Shown here: piece by piece, positions 17,097 to 30,420 of the stretch
How positions within the stretch are numbered: position 1 is the stretch's first letter
Layout of the letters: each line of letters opens with the position of its first letter
NCBI GenBank assembly: GCA_023666615.1
Contig: JAMPBQ010000001.1
Location: forward strand, 234,621 to 298,620
Direction: 5' to 3'
DNA from: Clostridium sp.
GTDB lineage: Bacteria; Bacteroidota; Bacteroidia; Bacteroidales; Muribaculaceae
DNA length: 64,000 nucleotides
Notes under the pieces: model-generated
Told to the model about the DNA's origin: nothing
What the model saw: only the letters and a program-made list of their open reading frames with translations
Databases searched by the model: none
Program-made: the position numbers and the translations under genes

Positions 17097-18155
17097 CTAC
17101 CAAATGTCAAACCTATAGCCCACTGTGGCGCTGATATTGCCGATATTCGTAGAGAAAGAGTTGTCCTTGTCAACTATAAGGTTGGTGTTCAGTTCGCCAA
17201 TTAACCCAGCAAACCATTCGCCCTTGTTCCAAATCAGGGAAAGCTTGAACTGATTGGAGAGGGCGAACGTATTTCTGCGCTCATCGCTGTTGATGTAGCC
17301 GTGCCTTAGGCCAACCGACGGAGACTCCAGTACGGCCAAAAGCCATCTGCGGTGGAACACCCAGTTGTAGCCATAGCCAAGCTTGAATGTATAGTCGCGG
17401 CTTGTGGCATAATACCGGTAATCAGTCCATTGCTCCGGAAAATGGTCAAGAATGTAATGTGGCAGGCTTCCGAAGTTAAAATTAAATCTTTGCCATGAAT
17501 ATGAGAGGCCGGCGAAAAAAGACCCTTGGCTTCGCGTCTGAATGCGGCTGAAGCTGAAAGCCGCGGCCTGGGAATATTTCTTGTGGTTAAAAAAGTAGTA
17601 GAAGTTTATTCCCTTCTCCTCGGTGACTCCATCCCTAAAGTCAAGGTTTGGATTGAAAGTATGCCCCGATTGCCCAAATTTGTTTATCTTTGTGCCCACC
17701 TCGTTCTTGCTCCAATACATATTGAAGGCGAAAAGGCTGCAGTTGAATCCAAATGAGAATTGCCGCTTGGCCCCGGCATCGCTGCCAAAGAATTTGTTGA
17801 GGTTCTTGTCATACCCCACAGATACAGCCAGATACGTAAGCCTTACGCCCACCGTGGTGCTAGGATCGCTTTGAAGGCGCATGCCCATATTATCCTGCAA
17901 ATCAAAGTTGTAATTGTCTACCCAAGTATTTGTCAGCAGCTTGACGTTGAATTTATGCCCCGACCCCTTTACGTATGTGGTGTCATATCCGTTGAAGAAT
18001 GTATCGCCCCACCTGTACGTCTTTATGACGAATGCCGGGAATTTGCCCATTTGCGCTATTGAATCCAAAGCGAAAGAGAACGCCTCCGCGCGATGGATTC
18101 CCCCCGCAAAGAGCGCGATTGTCATTATTAAGCGTATGGCAGCCTTGAGATTCAC
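17097..18155 (-). CDS. DUF4421-like outer-membrane beta-barrel protein
   Basis: Signal peptide; DTTYV..SGH; KYSQAAAFSFSRIQTRSQGSF; C-terminal VGYRF. Confidence 0.75.
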   Translation of the reverse strand: MNLKAAIRLIMTIALFAGGIHRAEAFSFALDSIAQMGKFPAFVIKTYRWGDTFFNGYDTTYVKGSGHKFNVKLLTNTWVDNYNFDLQDNMGMRLQSDPSTTVGVRLTYLAVSVGYDKNLNKFFGSDAGAKRQFSFGFNCSLFAFNMYWSKNEVGTKINKFGQSGHTFNPNLDFRDGVTEEKGINFYYFFNHKKYSQAAAFSFSRIQTRSQGSFFAGLSYSWQRFNFNFGSLPHYILDHFPEQWTDYRYYATSRDYTFKLGYGYNWVFHRRWLLAVLESPSVGLRHGYINSDERRNTFALSNQFKLSLIWNKGEWFAGLIGELNTNLIVDKDNSFSTNIGNISATVGYRFDIW

Positions 18156-18266
18156 CTTAGGTCTTTTTGCTATTTTTCGTTAAGCTTTGCAAAATTACAA
18201 AATCTAAAGTTAATAACAATCGCAATCGGCCAAATTGTTCGCCACTGAAAGTGATTTTTCAGGATT

Positions 18267-18986
18267 TCATTGCTCCGGCAGCGCCGACAATATCGCTTTT
18301 CGGGAATCCTCAATCAGGCGCAGGGTGTCATGTCCCTCCTCGCCGGGCAAAATCGCCGGGTGGATAGTAAGCTTTATCACCCCCCAATGCGGCAGCAGGG
18401 CGGTACGCGGCATCACGGAATAAGCGCCATCGATCGTAATGGGCACCACCGGCAGATTGAACTCCAGAGCAAGCTGATAGGCGCCTTTCTTGAACCTCCC
18501 GACTTTGCCGTCGCGGCTGCGCGATCCTTCGGGAAACACCACAACCGACATACCCTGCCTAAGCTGCTTTTGGGCCGTGGCCATCGTCTGCCTTATGGCC
18601 GCGGGCGAGCTGTTGTCAACGAATATCTGGCCAATGGCCTTGCAGCTGTATCCCACAAGCGGAATCTTCTCTAGCGACTTCTTCATCATCCAGCGGAATT
18701 GATGGTTGAGGTATCCATAGATAGCGAAGATGTCATAGGCTCCTTGGTGATTTGCCACAAACACGTAAGATTGATCCTTGGATATGTTTTCTCTCCCGCT
18801 CACCTTTACCCTGACAAAGGTCATAATGCAAAACAGCTTAGCCCAAAGCCTGGGTATATAATATCCCCAACTGCGCCCGAAGCCAATCAAGCTTCCAAAG
18901 ATTGCAAGGAGGGCTGTCACTGTAGTGGCCACCAGGAGCACCGGAAGCATCACTAATATTTGGTAAATTCGGTATAATATCAGCAT
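18267..18986 (-). CDS. plsC: 1-acyl-sn-glycerol-3-phosphate acyltransferase
   Basis: NHQGAYD (HX4D); VFPEGSRS; FKKGA; PVVPITI. Confidence 0.92.
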   Translation of the reverse strand: MLILYRIYQILVMLPVLLVATTVTALLAIFGSLIGFGRSWGYYIPRLWAKLFCIMTFVRVKVSGRENISKDQSYVFVANHQGAYDIFAIYGYLNHQFRWMMKKSLEKIPLVGYSCKAIGQIFVDNSSPAAIRQTMATAQKQLRQGMSVVVFPEGSRSRDGKVGRFKKGAYQLALEFNLPVVPITIDGAYSVMPRTALLPHWGVIKLTIHPAILPGEEGHDTLRLIEDSRKAILSALPEQ

Positions 18987-19038
18987 AGGGCAGAGGAGTG
19001 AAATTACAAGTGGAAAGAAAAATTAAATTTTTCAAGAG

Positions 19039-19076
19039 CAAAGTTACGATTTTTTCGTTTTTTATTCATACCTTTG
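19039..19076. promoter_or_regulatory. Back-to-back divergent -7 elements for plsC (minus, 19039-19046) and ligA (plus, 19069-19076)
   Basis: TAACTTTG on the minus strand and TACCTTTG on the plus strand. Confidence 0.65.
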
Positions 19077-19105
19077 TTTGGATTTTTTCAACAAAAAAGG
19101 AAATT

Positions 19106-21115
19106 ATGGAAAGCGTTGCCGACATAATCAATGACCTGAGGCGCCAAATCAATGAGCACAACCATAGATATTACGTGCTTAACGAGCCTTCTATCTCCGA
19201 CTTTGACTTCGACCAAATGCTGAAGCGGCTGGAGGCGCTGGAGCGTGAGCATCCTGAATTTGATGACCCTCTCTCTCCAACCCACAGAGTGGGATCAGAC
19301 ATCACCAAGGGATTTGAGCAGCACGCCCATATATATCCAATGCTTTCCCTGTCAAACACTTACTCTATTGAAGAAGTAGACCAATGGGTGGACCGCACTG
19401 AAAAAGCCCTTGCGGGGCAAAAGTGTGAAATTGTGGGTGAAATGAAATTTGACGGCACAAGCATTTCGCTTATTTACGAGCGGGGCCGGCTAGTAAGGGC
19501 CGTGACGCGGGGCGATGGCGAAAAGGGCGATGTGGTGACACAAAACATTATGACCATCAAGAGCATCCCCCTGCAGCTGCAGCCCGGCAACTGGCCTGAA
19601 ATGTTCGAGATAAGGGGCGAGGTGCTTTTGCCTTGGAAAGAATTTGAACGCCTGAATGAAGAAAGGGCCTTCAACGAAGAGCCCCTATTCGCCAATCCAC
19701 GCAATGCTGCGTCGGGCACGCTGAAGCTTTTGAATCCTTCCGAAGTGGCCCGTCGCGGCCTCGACGCATATTTCTATTATTTGCTCGGCGAGAATCTGCC
19801 TTTTGACAACCACTATGACAATATGATGGCCGTGCGCTCGTGGGGATTCAAGGTGCCGCCGCAAATGACGCTTCTCCATGGCATAGGCGAGGTTGACCAT
19901 TTCATCAACCATTGGGACAAGGCAAGGAAGGAGCTTCCCGTGGCCACCGACGGCCTCGTGTTCAAGGTAAACTCCATGCGCCAGCAGCTAAACCTTGGAT
20001 ACACGGCAAAGTCGCCCCGATGGGCCATAGCATACAAATTTCCCGCGGAAAGAGCCCTCACTGAGCTGAGGTTCGTTTCATTCGACGTCGGCCGCATGGG
20101 GATAATAACCCCAGTGGCCAACCTTGAGCCCGTGCTCCTGTCGGGCACTGTGGTGAAACGCGCCTCCATGCACAACGAAGACATTCTTAATCAGCTTGAT
20201 GTGCATGAACATGATATGCTCTACGTAGAAAAAGGCGGAGAGATAATCCCGAAAATCACCGGGGTAGACGCAAGCGCGCGAAAGCCAGGGGCGGAAAAGG
20301 TAAGGTTTGTAACGCATTGCCCGTCATGCGGCACCGCCCTCGTCCGCCAAGATGGGGAGGCCGCTTGGATGTGCCCCAACAAATATGGCTGCGTGCCGCA
20401 AATCACTGGGCGCGTAGAGCATTTTGTGGGCAGGCGCATGATGAACATCGACGGCATCGGCGAGGAAATAGCGCAGATGCTCTTCGACGCGCATTTGGTG
20501 GAGAACATTGCCGACCTCTATGACCTCAAGCTTGAAGACCTGCTTGGGCTTGAACGCTTTGGACAAAAGAGCGCCGAGCGCCTGATTAACGGAATTGAGC
20601 AATCAAAGCAAGTGCCTTTTGAGCGCGTGCTGTATGCGCTTTCCATTCCTTTTGTAGGAGAGACCACAGCCAAGAAAATAGCGCGTCAGGCCAAGAGCAT
20701 CGACCGCATTATGGAAATGTCGCAAGAGGAACTGTGCGCTATTGAAGACGTGGGCGCGGTCATAGCCCAAAGCATCGCGGACTATTTCGCCGCTCCGCAG
20801 AATTTGGAGATAATAGCGCGCCTCAAAGCCGCAGGCCTAAAGTTTGAAATAGAGGAGGACGAGAGCTCCTCGCCGGCGTCCGACAAGCTACAAGGAAAGA
20901 CTTTTGTCATATCAGGCGTATTTTCAAAGCACAGCCGAGACGAATACAAGGATCTGATTGAGCGCAACGGCGGCAAGAACTCAGGCTCTATTTCAAAGAA
21001 AACAAGCTATGTGCTGGCCGGCGAAAACATGGGCCCCGCAAAGCTGGAAAAGGCATCATCGCTTGGCATTCCCGTAATCGATGAAGACCAATTCCTGAAA
21101 ATGATTGAAGATTAA
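19106..21115 (+). CDS. ligA: NAD-dependent DNA ligase
   Basis: EMKFDG adenylation motif; RGDG..G; ANPRNAASG; Zn finger CPSCG...C; BRCT; ATG 19106. Confidence 0.97.
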   Translation: MESVADIINDLRRQINEHNHRYYVLNEPSISDFDFDQMLKRLEALEREHPEFDDPLSPTHRVGSDITKGFEQHAHIYPMLSLSNTYSIEEVDQWVDRTEKALAGQKCEIVGEMKFDGTSISLIYERGRLVRAVTRGDGEKGDVVTQNIMTIKSIPLQLQPGNWPEMFEIRGEVLLPWKEFERLNEERAFNEEPLFANPRNAASGTLKLLNPSEVARRGLDAYFYYLLGENLPFDNHYDNMMAVRSWGFKVPPQMTLLHGIGEVDHFINHWDKARKELPVATDGLVFKVNSMRQQLNLGYTAKSPRWAIAYKFPAERALTELRFVSFDVGRMGIITPVANLEPVLLSGTVVKRASMHNEDILNQLDVHEHDMLYVEKGGEIIPKITGVDASARKPGAEKVRFVTHCPSCGTALVRQDGEAAWMCPNKYGCVPQITGRVEHFVGRRMMNIDGIGEEIAQMLFDAHLVENIADLYDLKLEDLLGLERFGQKSAERLINGIEQSKQVPFERVLYALSIPFVGETTAKKIARQAKSIDRIMEMSQEELCAIEDVGAVIAQSIADYFAAPQNLEIIARLKAAGLKFEIEEDESSSPASDKLQGKTFVISGVFSKHSRDEYKDLIERNGGKNSGSISKKTSYVLAGENMGPAKLEKASSLGIPVIDEDQFLKMIED

Positions 21116-21143
21116 GCGAATATTTAACTTAAACATACGCAAA

Positions 21144-21728
21144 GTGCTTACATACAACACTCGACTCAAGCGGCTGATTCTGCCCGAATACGGCCGCAAC
21201 ATACAAAACATGGTCAACCACTGCCTTTCCCTTGAGGACCGCGGCGAGCGCACCAGCTGCGCATATTCCATCATTCGCGCCATGGAGACTCTATTCCCCG
21301 CAGAGGGAGACCCCGAGGATTACCGCCGCAAGCTGTGGGACCACCTTGCCATAATGTCAGACTTCAAGCTAGACATTGACTGGCCCTTCCCCGTGATTCA
21401 AAGCGAACAGCTGCAGTCGCAGCCAAAGCCCATAATCAATGACGTTGCCGACATCCGCTTCAAGCAATACGGCAAGAACCTTGAAGCCATGATACAGGTG
21501 GCTTCGCAGATGCCCGATTCGCCAGAGCGTCAAGCCCTGGCTTTGCTCATCGCCAACCAAATGAAGAAAGACAGCCTCGCGGTTAACCCCGAAGGCGCCG
21601 ACGATCAGAGAATCTTCAACGACTTGCGCATGCTCTCACACGGCGCCATCAGCCTTAACGCGGAAGAAACGCGTCTTCATGAATACAAGGCAATGCCGGC
21701 CCCATCAAAAAAGAAGAAGAAAAAATGA
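21144..21728 (+). CDS. DUF4290-family protein
   Basis: YNT....LILPEYGRNIQNMV; KLWDHLAIMSDFKLDIDWPF; probable GTG start at 21144. Confidence 0.85.
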   Translation: MLTYNTRLKRLILPEYGRNIQNMVNHCLSLEDRGERTSCAYSIIRAMETLFPAEGDPEDYRRKLWDHLAIMSDFKLDIDWPFPVIQSEQLQSQPKPIINDVADIRFKQYGKNLEAMIQVASQMPDSPERQALALLIANQMKKDSLAVNPEGADDQRIFNDLRMLSHGAISLNAEETRLHEYKAMPAPSKKKKKK

Positions 21729-22261
21729 TAAAGGCCTCCGACCTCTCCCTCGCAGGCAAAGTGAATAAGACCCACGGGCTTGACGGGGAGCTTTCAGTCA
21801 CTTTTTTCTCTGACGGCATCGCCGATGCCATCGGCGTCGGCACATGCCTTATTATGGACATTGACGGCATTTTCACGCCTTTTTTTGTGCGCAACGCCAG
21901 GCCGCGCGGAGCGGAATCTTTGCTTATTTCCTTCGACGGGGCCGAAAGCCAAGAGATGGCGCAGCAATTCGTCGGCAAAAGCATATATGCCTTGATTGAG
22001 CATGGCATTTCAAGCGATGATGATGAAGATGGGCTATATGCCGGACAGATTGTTGGATTTAAGGCCATTGACGACGATAATGGGGAACCGATCGGCATTG
22101 TTGAGGACATTGATGACGCCACCGAAAACGTTCTTTTCATAATTCGCCGGCCAGACGGAAGCGATTGCCGCATACCGGTTGTCGACGACTTCATAGCCTC
22201 GGTCTCTGGCGAGGATAAAACAATCTCATTCTCCCTGCCCCCCGGGCTGCTTGACCTTTAA
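21725..22261 (+). CDS. rimM: 16S rRNA processing protein RimM
   Basis: GKVNKTHGL.GEL; PRC-barrel GIVEDID....NVLF; IPVVDDFI; ATGA overlap with the upstream gene. Confidence 0.9.
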   Translation: MIKASDLSLAGKVNKTHGLDGELSVTFFSDGIADAIGVGTCLIMDIDGIFTPFFVRNARPRGAESLLISFDGAESQEMAQQFVGKSIYALIEHGISSDDDEDGLYAGQIVGFKAIDDDNGEPIGIVEDIDDATENVLFIIRRPDGSDCRIPVVDDFIASVSGEDKTISFSLPPGLLDL

Positions 22262-22306
22262 CTTTAAATTCAAACATATAATTTCTAACCTTTCCCCCTC
22301 AAAACT

Positions 22307-22606
22307 ATGGAATTTGACGAGAAAGACGCCATTGCGTTCATACGCGGGCGTCTGCCGCATCTCTCCGGCGACATCAACGATGATGAAATCCTAAACGTAA
22401 TAGACATTATTTGGGACTATTACGATGAAAATGGATTCCTTGACCTCGACCTGTCAGACGATGGCCCTGACGACCTTGACACTGCAGACCTTATCGCCTA
22501 TGCGCAAAGACTCAACGCAAAGGACCGCCAGTCGCCCATGACGACGGAAGACATCGAAGCCATCGTAAAGGCTGAGCTTGACTACGAGGATTCTCTGGAA
22601 GATTGA
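22307..22606 (+). CDS. Small, highly acidic hypothetical protein
   Basis: 99-aa ORF with an ATG, an AT-rich leader and a following terminator. Confidence 0.8.
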   Translation: MEFDEKDAIAFIRGRLPHLSGDINDDEILNVIDIIWDYYDENGFLDLDLSDDGPDDLDTADLIAYAQRLNAKDRQSPMTTEDIEAIVKAELDYEDSLED

Positions 22607-22619
22607 CCACAAAGGCTTG

Positions 22620-22673
22620 CATCGCCGCGACAGCCCGCTAAATACCGGCGCGGCTTTCACGGCGATGTTTTTT
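22620..22673 (+). terminator. Intrinsic terminator of the ligA-rimM unit
   Basis: CATCGCCG...CGGCGATG followed by TTTTTT. Confidence 0.7.
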
Positions 22674-22797
22674 GTATAAGCCAATGCTAAAAAGGGCTAT
22701 TTGCCGCTTATTTATGGGATTTCGCAGATTCTATTTTTATTTTTATAATTAGATGCGATATCTTTGCGCTGTCATTAATTTGAATATCCAAATTCCT

Positions 22798-24135
22798 ATG
22801 TACAAATCAATATTCACAGCCTTGGCTATTTCGATTGGCGCGGGAGCGTCCTATGCGGATGAACCATGGACTCTCACCCAATGCATCGACTACGCTATGG
22901 CAAACAATCTTGACATTAAGCTGAAGCAAGTGTCAATAGACTTGGCCGACGTAGACATTGAGGCCAACAAAGGAGCTCTGTTCCCCTCATTGTCGGCATC
23001 CACCAACCAAAATGGGTCTTGGCGCCCTTGGTCGGAGTCTTACACCAACATCACTGACGGCAGCCTGTCCAGCACACACTCGACCGTGAATTACAACGGC
23101 ACATACGGCCTGCAAGCCCAATGGACCGTATGGAACGGCGGCATAAACCGCAAGCAGCTGCAGCGCAGCCGCCTGTCGAAAGAACAAGCCGTGATTGACG
23201 AGCAGACGACCATGCTGGACCTCCAAGAGCGCATAGCGCAGATATATGTGCAAATCCTCTACCAAAAAGAAGCCCTGGGCGTGAACAAGCAAATTCTTGA
23301 ATCCACCCACGCGCTTTTGGACAGAGCCCAGCAAATGTATGAGGTTGGCACCATGTCACGCGCGGATTTGGCGCAAATGCAAGCCCAGCTTAGCCAGGAA
23401 GAATACAATTGCGCCAATGCGGCTACCACTCTGGCCAATTATCGCCTCCAGCTTGCCCAGCTTCTTGAGATTAAAGACGATGAAGGCTTTGACGTGGCCT
23501 CGCCTTCCCTTAATGACGAAGCCATAATGGCAATGCTGCCGGCAAAAGAGGAGGTTTTCGATCTGGCTCTGGACATGCGCCCCGAGATTGCATACTCCAA
23601 GCTTGGCGTAGAAGCAGCGGACATGGACATATCCATCGCCAAAAAAGGATATTTGCCCACGGTCAGCCTTTCAGCAGGTGTGAACACCAATACATCTTCA
23701 GGCATGATGAATTCTTGGGGCGAACAAATAAAAAGAAACCTCAGCAATTCAATCGGCCTTACCGTAAGCGTGCCCATTTTCGACAATAAGAGAAACTCTA
23801 CTAACGTATCCAAGGCTCGACTCAACAAGCTAAACGCCGAAATAAACCTCGAACGGGAGCGCAAAGACCTGTACAACGAGATTTCCACTATCTGGCTTGA
23901 CGCCTTCAACGCACAGCAGCAGTACTCTTACGCGAAAATAAATGCCGAAAGCATGCGCGAGAGCTACGACCTGGTCAGCGAGCAGTTCGGCCTTGGCCTC
24001 AAAGACATTGTCGACCTCACCACTGGAAAAAACAATCTCATCCAGGCGGAGCAGCAGCTTCTGCAGGCAAGGTACACGGCCGCGCTGAATCTCGCACTCC
24101 TTCATTTCTATCAAGGGAAATCGCTTTCATTCTAA
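22798..24135 (+). CDS. TolC-family outer-membrane efflux protein
   Basis: Signal peptide; WTL.QCIDYA..NN; two OEP repeats; ATG 22798; TATCTTTG -7 element at 22759-22766. Confidence 0.92.
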   Translation: MYKSIFTALAISIGAGASYADEPWTLTQCIDYAMANNLDIKLKQVSIDLADVDIEANKGALFPSLSASTNQNGSWRPWSESYTNITDGSLSSTHSTVNYNGTYGLQAQWTVWNGGINRKQLQRSRLSKEQAVIDEQTTMLDLQERIAQIYVQILYQKEALGVNKQILESTHALLDRAQQMYEVGTMSRADLAQMQAQLSQEEYNCANAATTLANYRLQLAQLLEIKDDEGFDVASPSLNDEAIMAMLPAKEEVFDLALDMRPEIAYSKLGVEAADMDISIAKKGYLPTVSLSAGVNTNTSSGMMNSWGEQIKRNLSNSIGLTVSVPIFDNKRNSTNVSKARLNKLNAEINLERERKDLYNEISTIWLDAFNAQQQYSYAKINAESMRESYDLVSEQFGLGLKDIVDLTTGKNNLIQAEQQLLQARYTAALNLALLHFYQGKSLSF

Positions 24136-24166
24136 ATCGCAAAACAAATAATACATCCATAATATA

Positions 24167-25324
24167 ATGAAAACCATCAATATGCTGATTGCCTTGGCGA
24201 TTGCCGCTTCCGCGGCCTCTTGCCATAAGGCGGCCGAGCCCCGATTAATCACTGAGGAGGCCCAGCTGCGCGATCTATCTTCCAGCGTAACCGCCACGGG
24301 CACAATCGAGCCTGTGACCAGCGTCGAGGTGGGCACGCAAGTGTCAGGCATCATCGACAAGATTTTTGTTGACTACAATTCAAACGTATCGAAAGGCCAA
24401 GTGATTGCCGAGCTTGACAAGACAAACCTTCTGTCGGAGCTCTCCAACGCCAAAAGCAATATGGCCAACGCGGAGAGCTCGCTGCAATACCAACAGGCCA
24501 ACTATAACAGGCAAAAGACCCTTTTTGACAAGGGGCTTATTGCCGCAAACGATTTTGAGCAAGCACGCCTCAGCTATGAGCAGGCTAGGCAGCAAGTGCA
24601 AATAGAGCGCCAAAACGTGGCAAAGGCGCAGACAAACCTCGGGTATGCCACTATTGTAGCCCCAATCGACGGCGTAGTGCTCAGCAAGCAAGTGGAGGAA
24701 GGCCAGACCGTGGCCGCCGCAATGACCACCCCCACCCTATTCATAATTGCGCAAGACCTTACTGACATGCGCGTAATAGCTGACGTTGACGAGGCAGACA
24801 TCGGCGCGGTGAAGGAAGGCCAGAACGTTACGTTCACGGTCGACGCATTCCCAAATGACGTTTTCCATGGCACGGTAACTCAAGTGCGCCAAGAGGCTAC
24901 AACCGAAAGCAATGTCGTGACTTACGAAGTGGTGATCGCCGCGCGCAACGATGACCTCAAACTTAAGCCTGGCCTTACCGCCAACGTTAACATCTACACC
25001 TTTGAGAAAGATAACGTGCTGTGCGTAACATCAAAGGCCCTTAAATTTACGCCCAACCCAATGATGATGCCGAAGGATATAGTAGTAGAGGGAACGCCCG
25101 ACAAGCCATGCCTTTGGGTGCTTGACGGCAAAACTTTGCGCGCCACACACGTGGAAGTCGGCCAGACTGGCGGCTCATACACTGAGATTCTCTCCGGCAT
25201 AAAGCAGGGCGACAAGGTGGCCATTGAGGTTGACGGCTCGCCGATGGCGGCCGACAATGCGTCATCGGAAGAATCAAATCCTTTCATGCCAGGCCCTCCC
25301 GGACAAAAGAAAAACAAGAAATAG
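24167..25324 (+). CDS. MacA-like periplasmic adaptor (lipoprotein)
   Basis: ATGTIEPV..VEVGTQVSG; IVAPIDGVV; VDEADIG.VK.GQ.V.FTVDAFP; lipobox-like AASC. Confidence 0.92.
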   Translation: MKTINMLIALAIAASAASCHKAAEPRLITEEAQLRDLSSSVTATGTIEPVTSVEVGTQVSGIIDKIFVDYNSNVSKGQVIAELDKTNLLSELSNAKSNMANAESSLQYQQANYNRQKTLFDKGLIAANDFEQARLSYEQARQQVQIERQNVAKAQTNLGYATIVAPIDGVVLSKQVEEGQTVAAAMTTPTLFIIAQDLTDMRVIADVDEADIGAVKEGQNVTFTVDAFPNDVFHGTVTQVRQEATTESNVVTYEVVIAARNDDLKLKPGLTANVNIYTFEKDNVLCVTSKALKFTPNPMMMPKDIVVEGTPDKPCLWVLDGKTLRATHVEVGQTGGSYTEILSGIKQGDKVAIEVDGSPMAADNASSEESNPFMPGPPGQKKNKK

Positions 25325-25358
25325 CCCATTCCCCACAATTCTCCATCCATTAAAGCAT

Positions 25359-26108
25359 ATGGCAGAAAACGACAAAATAGTGATTGAGCTCCGCGACGTC
25401 AAGCGCGACTTTATCGTGGGCGACGAAACGGTGCATGCCCTAAAGGGCATCTCATTCAGCGTTAGGGAAGGCGAATTCGTAACGATTATGGGCACATCCG
25501 GGTCTGGAAAGTCAACCCTTCTCAACCAACTTGGATGCCTTGACACTCCCACCTCTGGTGAATACTACCTTGACGGAATCCCCGTAAAGTCAATGTCAAA
25601 GAACCAAAGGGCGAAGCTGCGCAACCTGAAAATCGGCTTTGTATTTCAAAACTACAATCTTCTACCCAACACCACATCCGTTGAGAACGTGGAGCTTCCG
25701 CTGATGTACAATCCCAAATACAGCGCCGCCCAGCGCCGCGAAGCCGCGGTAAAGGCATTGCAGCAAGTGGGCCTGGGAAACAGGCTAATGCACAAATCCA
25801 ACCAAATGTCGGGCGGACAGATGCAGCGCGTGGCGATAGCGAGAGCACTGGTCAACAATCCCGCAGTGATTTTGGCTGACGAAGCCACCGGCAACCTTGA
25901 TACGCGCACATCCTTCGAGATGCTTGTGCTATTCCAAGAACTGCACGCCCAAGGGCGCACCATAATTTTCGTTACCCACAACCCCGACATTGCGCGCTAT
26001 TCCTCCCGCAACATAATGCTTAGGGACGGCCATATCGTGGCGGACGAACTCAACGACAACATCCTTTCAGCCCGAGAAGCCCTCGAGGCTCTCCCCAAAG
26101 AAGACTGA
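25359..26108 (+). CDS. MacB/LolD-type ABC ATP-binding protein
   Basis: Walker A GTSGSGKST; IGFVFQNYNLL; MSGGQMQRVAIARAL; ILADEATGNLD; ATG 25359. Confidence 0.95.
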   Translation: MAENDKIVIELRDVKRDFIVGDETVHALKGISFSVREGEFVTIMGTSGSGKSTLLNQLGCLDTPTSGEYYLDGIPVKSMSKNQRAKLRNLKIGFVFQNYNLLPNTTSVENVELPLMYNPKYSAAQRREAAVKALQQVGLGNRLMHKSNQMSGGQMQRVAIARALVNNPAVILADEATGNLDTRTSFEMLVLFQELHAQGRTIIFVTHNPDIARYSSRNIMLRDGHIVADELNDNILSAREALEALPKED

Positions 26109-26109
26109 C

Positions 26110-27327
26110 ATGAATCTATTCAATCTCCTCAGAATATCAGTTAAGGCCATTTCCAGCAATAAGTTCCGATCTTTCCTTTCAATGCTTGGCATCATCATTG
26201 GCGTTGCGGCCGTCATTATCATGATGGCCATTGGCCAGGGATCAAAGCAAAGCGTAAGGAATAATATAGCCAAGATGGGCACCAATATGCTCAACATTCA
26301 TCCCGGCCAGGGCATGATGGGCGGAGCAAGGCTTGACCCCTCGGAAATGCAGACCCTGAAAGTTAGCGACTATCAGGCTATTGTGGATAACCGCAAATAC
26401 GTAACCTACGTATCGCCTGAAGTCACTTCAGGCGGGCAGGTAATATATGGCGCCAAGAACACGAATACAACAATGTATGGTGAAAGCCCTGAATATCTTG
26501 ACATTAAGCAATGGGAAATAGAAAAGGGCGAAGTATTTACCGATGAGGACGTGAACCATAACGCCAAAGTATGCGTAATCGGCCAAACCATTGCAAAAGA
26601 GCTGTTTGGCGATGACATAGACCCCATCGACAAGGTGATTCGCTTCAAATCCATACCCTTCAGAGTTGTCGGAGTGCTCAAAGCAAAGGGCTACAACAAC
26701 TGGGGCATGGACCAGGACAACGTGATCATAGCTCCATACACCACCGTGATGAAGCGCCTTCTCGCCCAGACGTATCTTTCGTCAATCATCGCTTCCGCCA
26801 TTTCGGAAGAACACAGCGACGAGGCCATTGACGAGCTCACCGCCATTTTGCGCGAAACGCATAAAATCAAAGATGGGGAGGAGGACAATTTCACTATCCG
26901 AAGCCAACAGGAAATGATGGAGACAATGTCCTCCACAATGGATACCATAACCATCATACTCGTTGTTGCCGCCGGATTCTCGCTCCTTGTGGCCGGAATA
27001 GGCATTATGAATATCATGCTGGTTTCTGTGACCGAACGCACGAGGGAAATAGGCCTGCGCATGTCGGTGGGCGCCCGCACCGGCGACATCAGCCTGCAAT
27101 TCTTGATTGAATCCGTAATCATCAGCCTTTCTGGCGGCATTCTGGGCATAGCCATGGGATGGATTGGCACAATCGTGTGCCGTTCGATGGGACTGCCCGC
27201 AGCAATACCTATGTGGTCAATTGTTCTTTCATTCGCCGTCTGCACCCTAATTGGTGTGGCCTTCGGATATTTCCCGGCCAGAAAAGCAGCCAGCCTCGAC
27301 CCCATCCAGGCCATACGCTACGAATAA
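26110..27327 (+). CDS. MacB-type ABC permease
   Basis: RSFLSMLGIIIGVAAVI; GIGIMNIMLVSVTERTREIGLRMSVGA; PARKAASLDPIQAIRYE. Confidence 0.95.
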   Translation: MNLFNLLRISVKAISSNKFRSFLSMLGIIIGVAAVIIMMAIGQGSKQSVRNNIAKMGTNMLNIHPGQGMMGGARLDPSEMQTLKVSDYQAIVDNRKYVTYVSPEVTSGGQVIYGAKNTNTTMYGESPEYLDIKQWEIEKGEVFTDEDVNHNAKVCVIGQTIAKELFGDDIDPIDKVIRFKSIPFRVVGVLKAKGYNNWGMDQDNVIIAPYTTVMKRLLAQTYLSSIIASAISEEHSDEAIDELTAILRETHKIKDGEEDNFTIRSQQEMMETMSSTMDTITIILVVAAGFSLLVAGIGIMNIMLVSVTERTREIGLRMSVGARTGDISLQFLIESVIISLSGGILGIAMGWIGTIVCRSMGLPAAIPMWSIVLSFAVCTLIGVAFGYFPARKAASLDPIQAIRYE

Positions 27328-27366
27328 CCGCAAAGGCGAGAACGATCCAACTTCAAGGGCTTTTTT

Positions 27367-27399
27367 TCACAGCGGAATCATTTTCCGCTGTGATTTTAT
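27367..27399 (+). terminator. Terminator of the exporter operon
   Basis: TCACAGCGGAA-TCATT-TTCCGCTGTGA followed by TTTTAT. Confidence 0.7.
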
Positions 27400-27480
27400 A
27401 TGGATACATCCTTTATGGATGTGCCTATCATATAGCAAGGCCGCAATGCCCATAGCATTGCGGCCTTATTTATTTTAGGG

Positions 27481-27529
27481 AATTAAGGTTGCTGTTTAAG
27501 GCCTTATGTCTTAAACAGCAACCTTAATT
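27481..27529. terminator. Perfect 20-bp inverted repeat immediately after the ppdK stop
   Basis: AATTAAGGTTGCTGTTTAAG-GCCTTATGT-CTTAAACAGCAACCTTAATT. Confidence 0.6.
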
Positions 27530-30244
<2,715 letters not shown>

Positions 30245-30420
30245 CAAATTGCGGTTTTAATGAGTAATATGTTTTTTAATCGTAATGATCAAGGTTCTGA
30301 TTTCTCAATTTGAGATTCAGTGCAAATTTAATTAATTTGCCTCAAAGAGAAAAATTATTTTTGCGTTTTTTACGTATAAAAAGTTAAAATCGGACTGAAA
30401 CGCATGCCGGGCCAGGCCCG

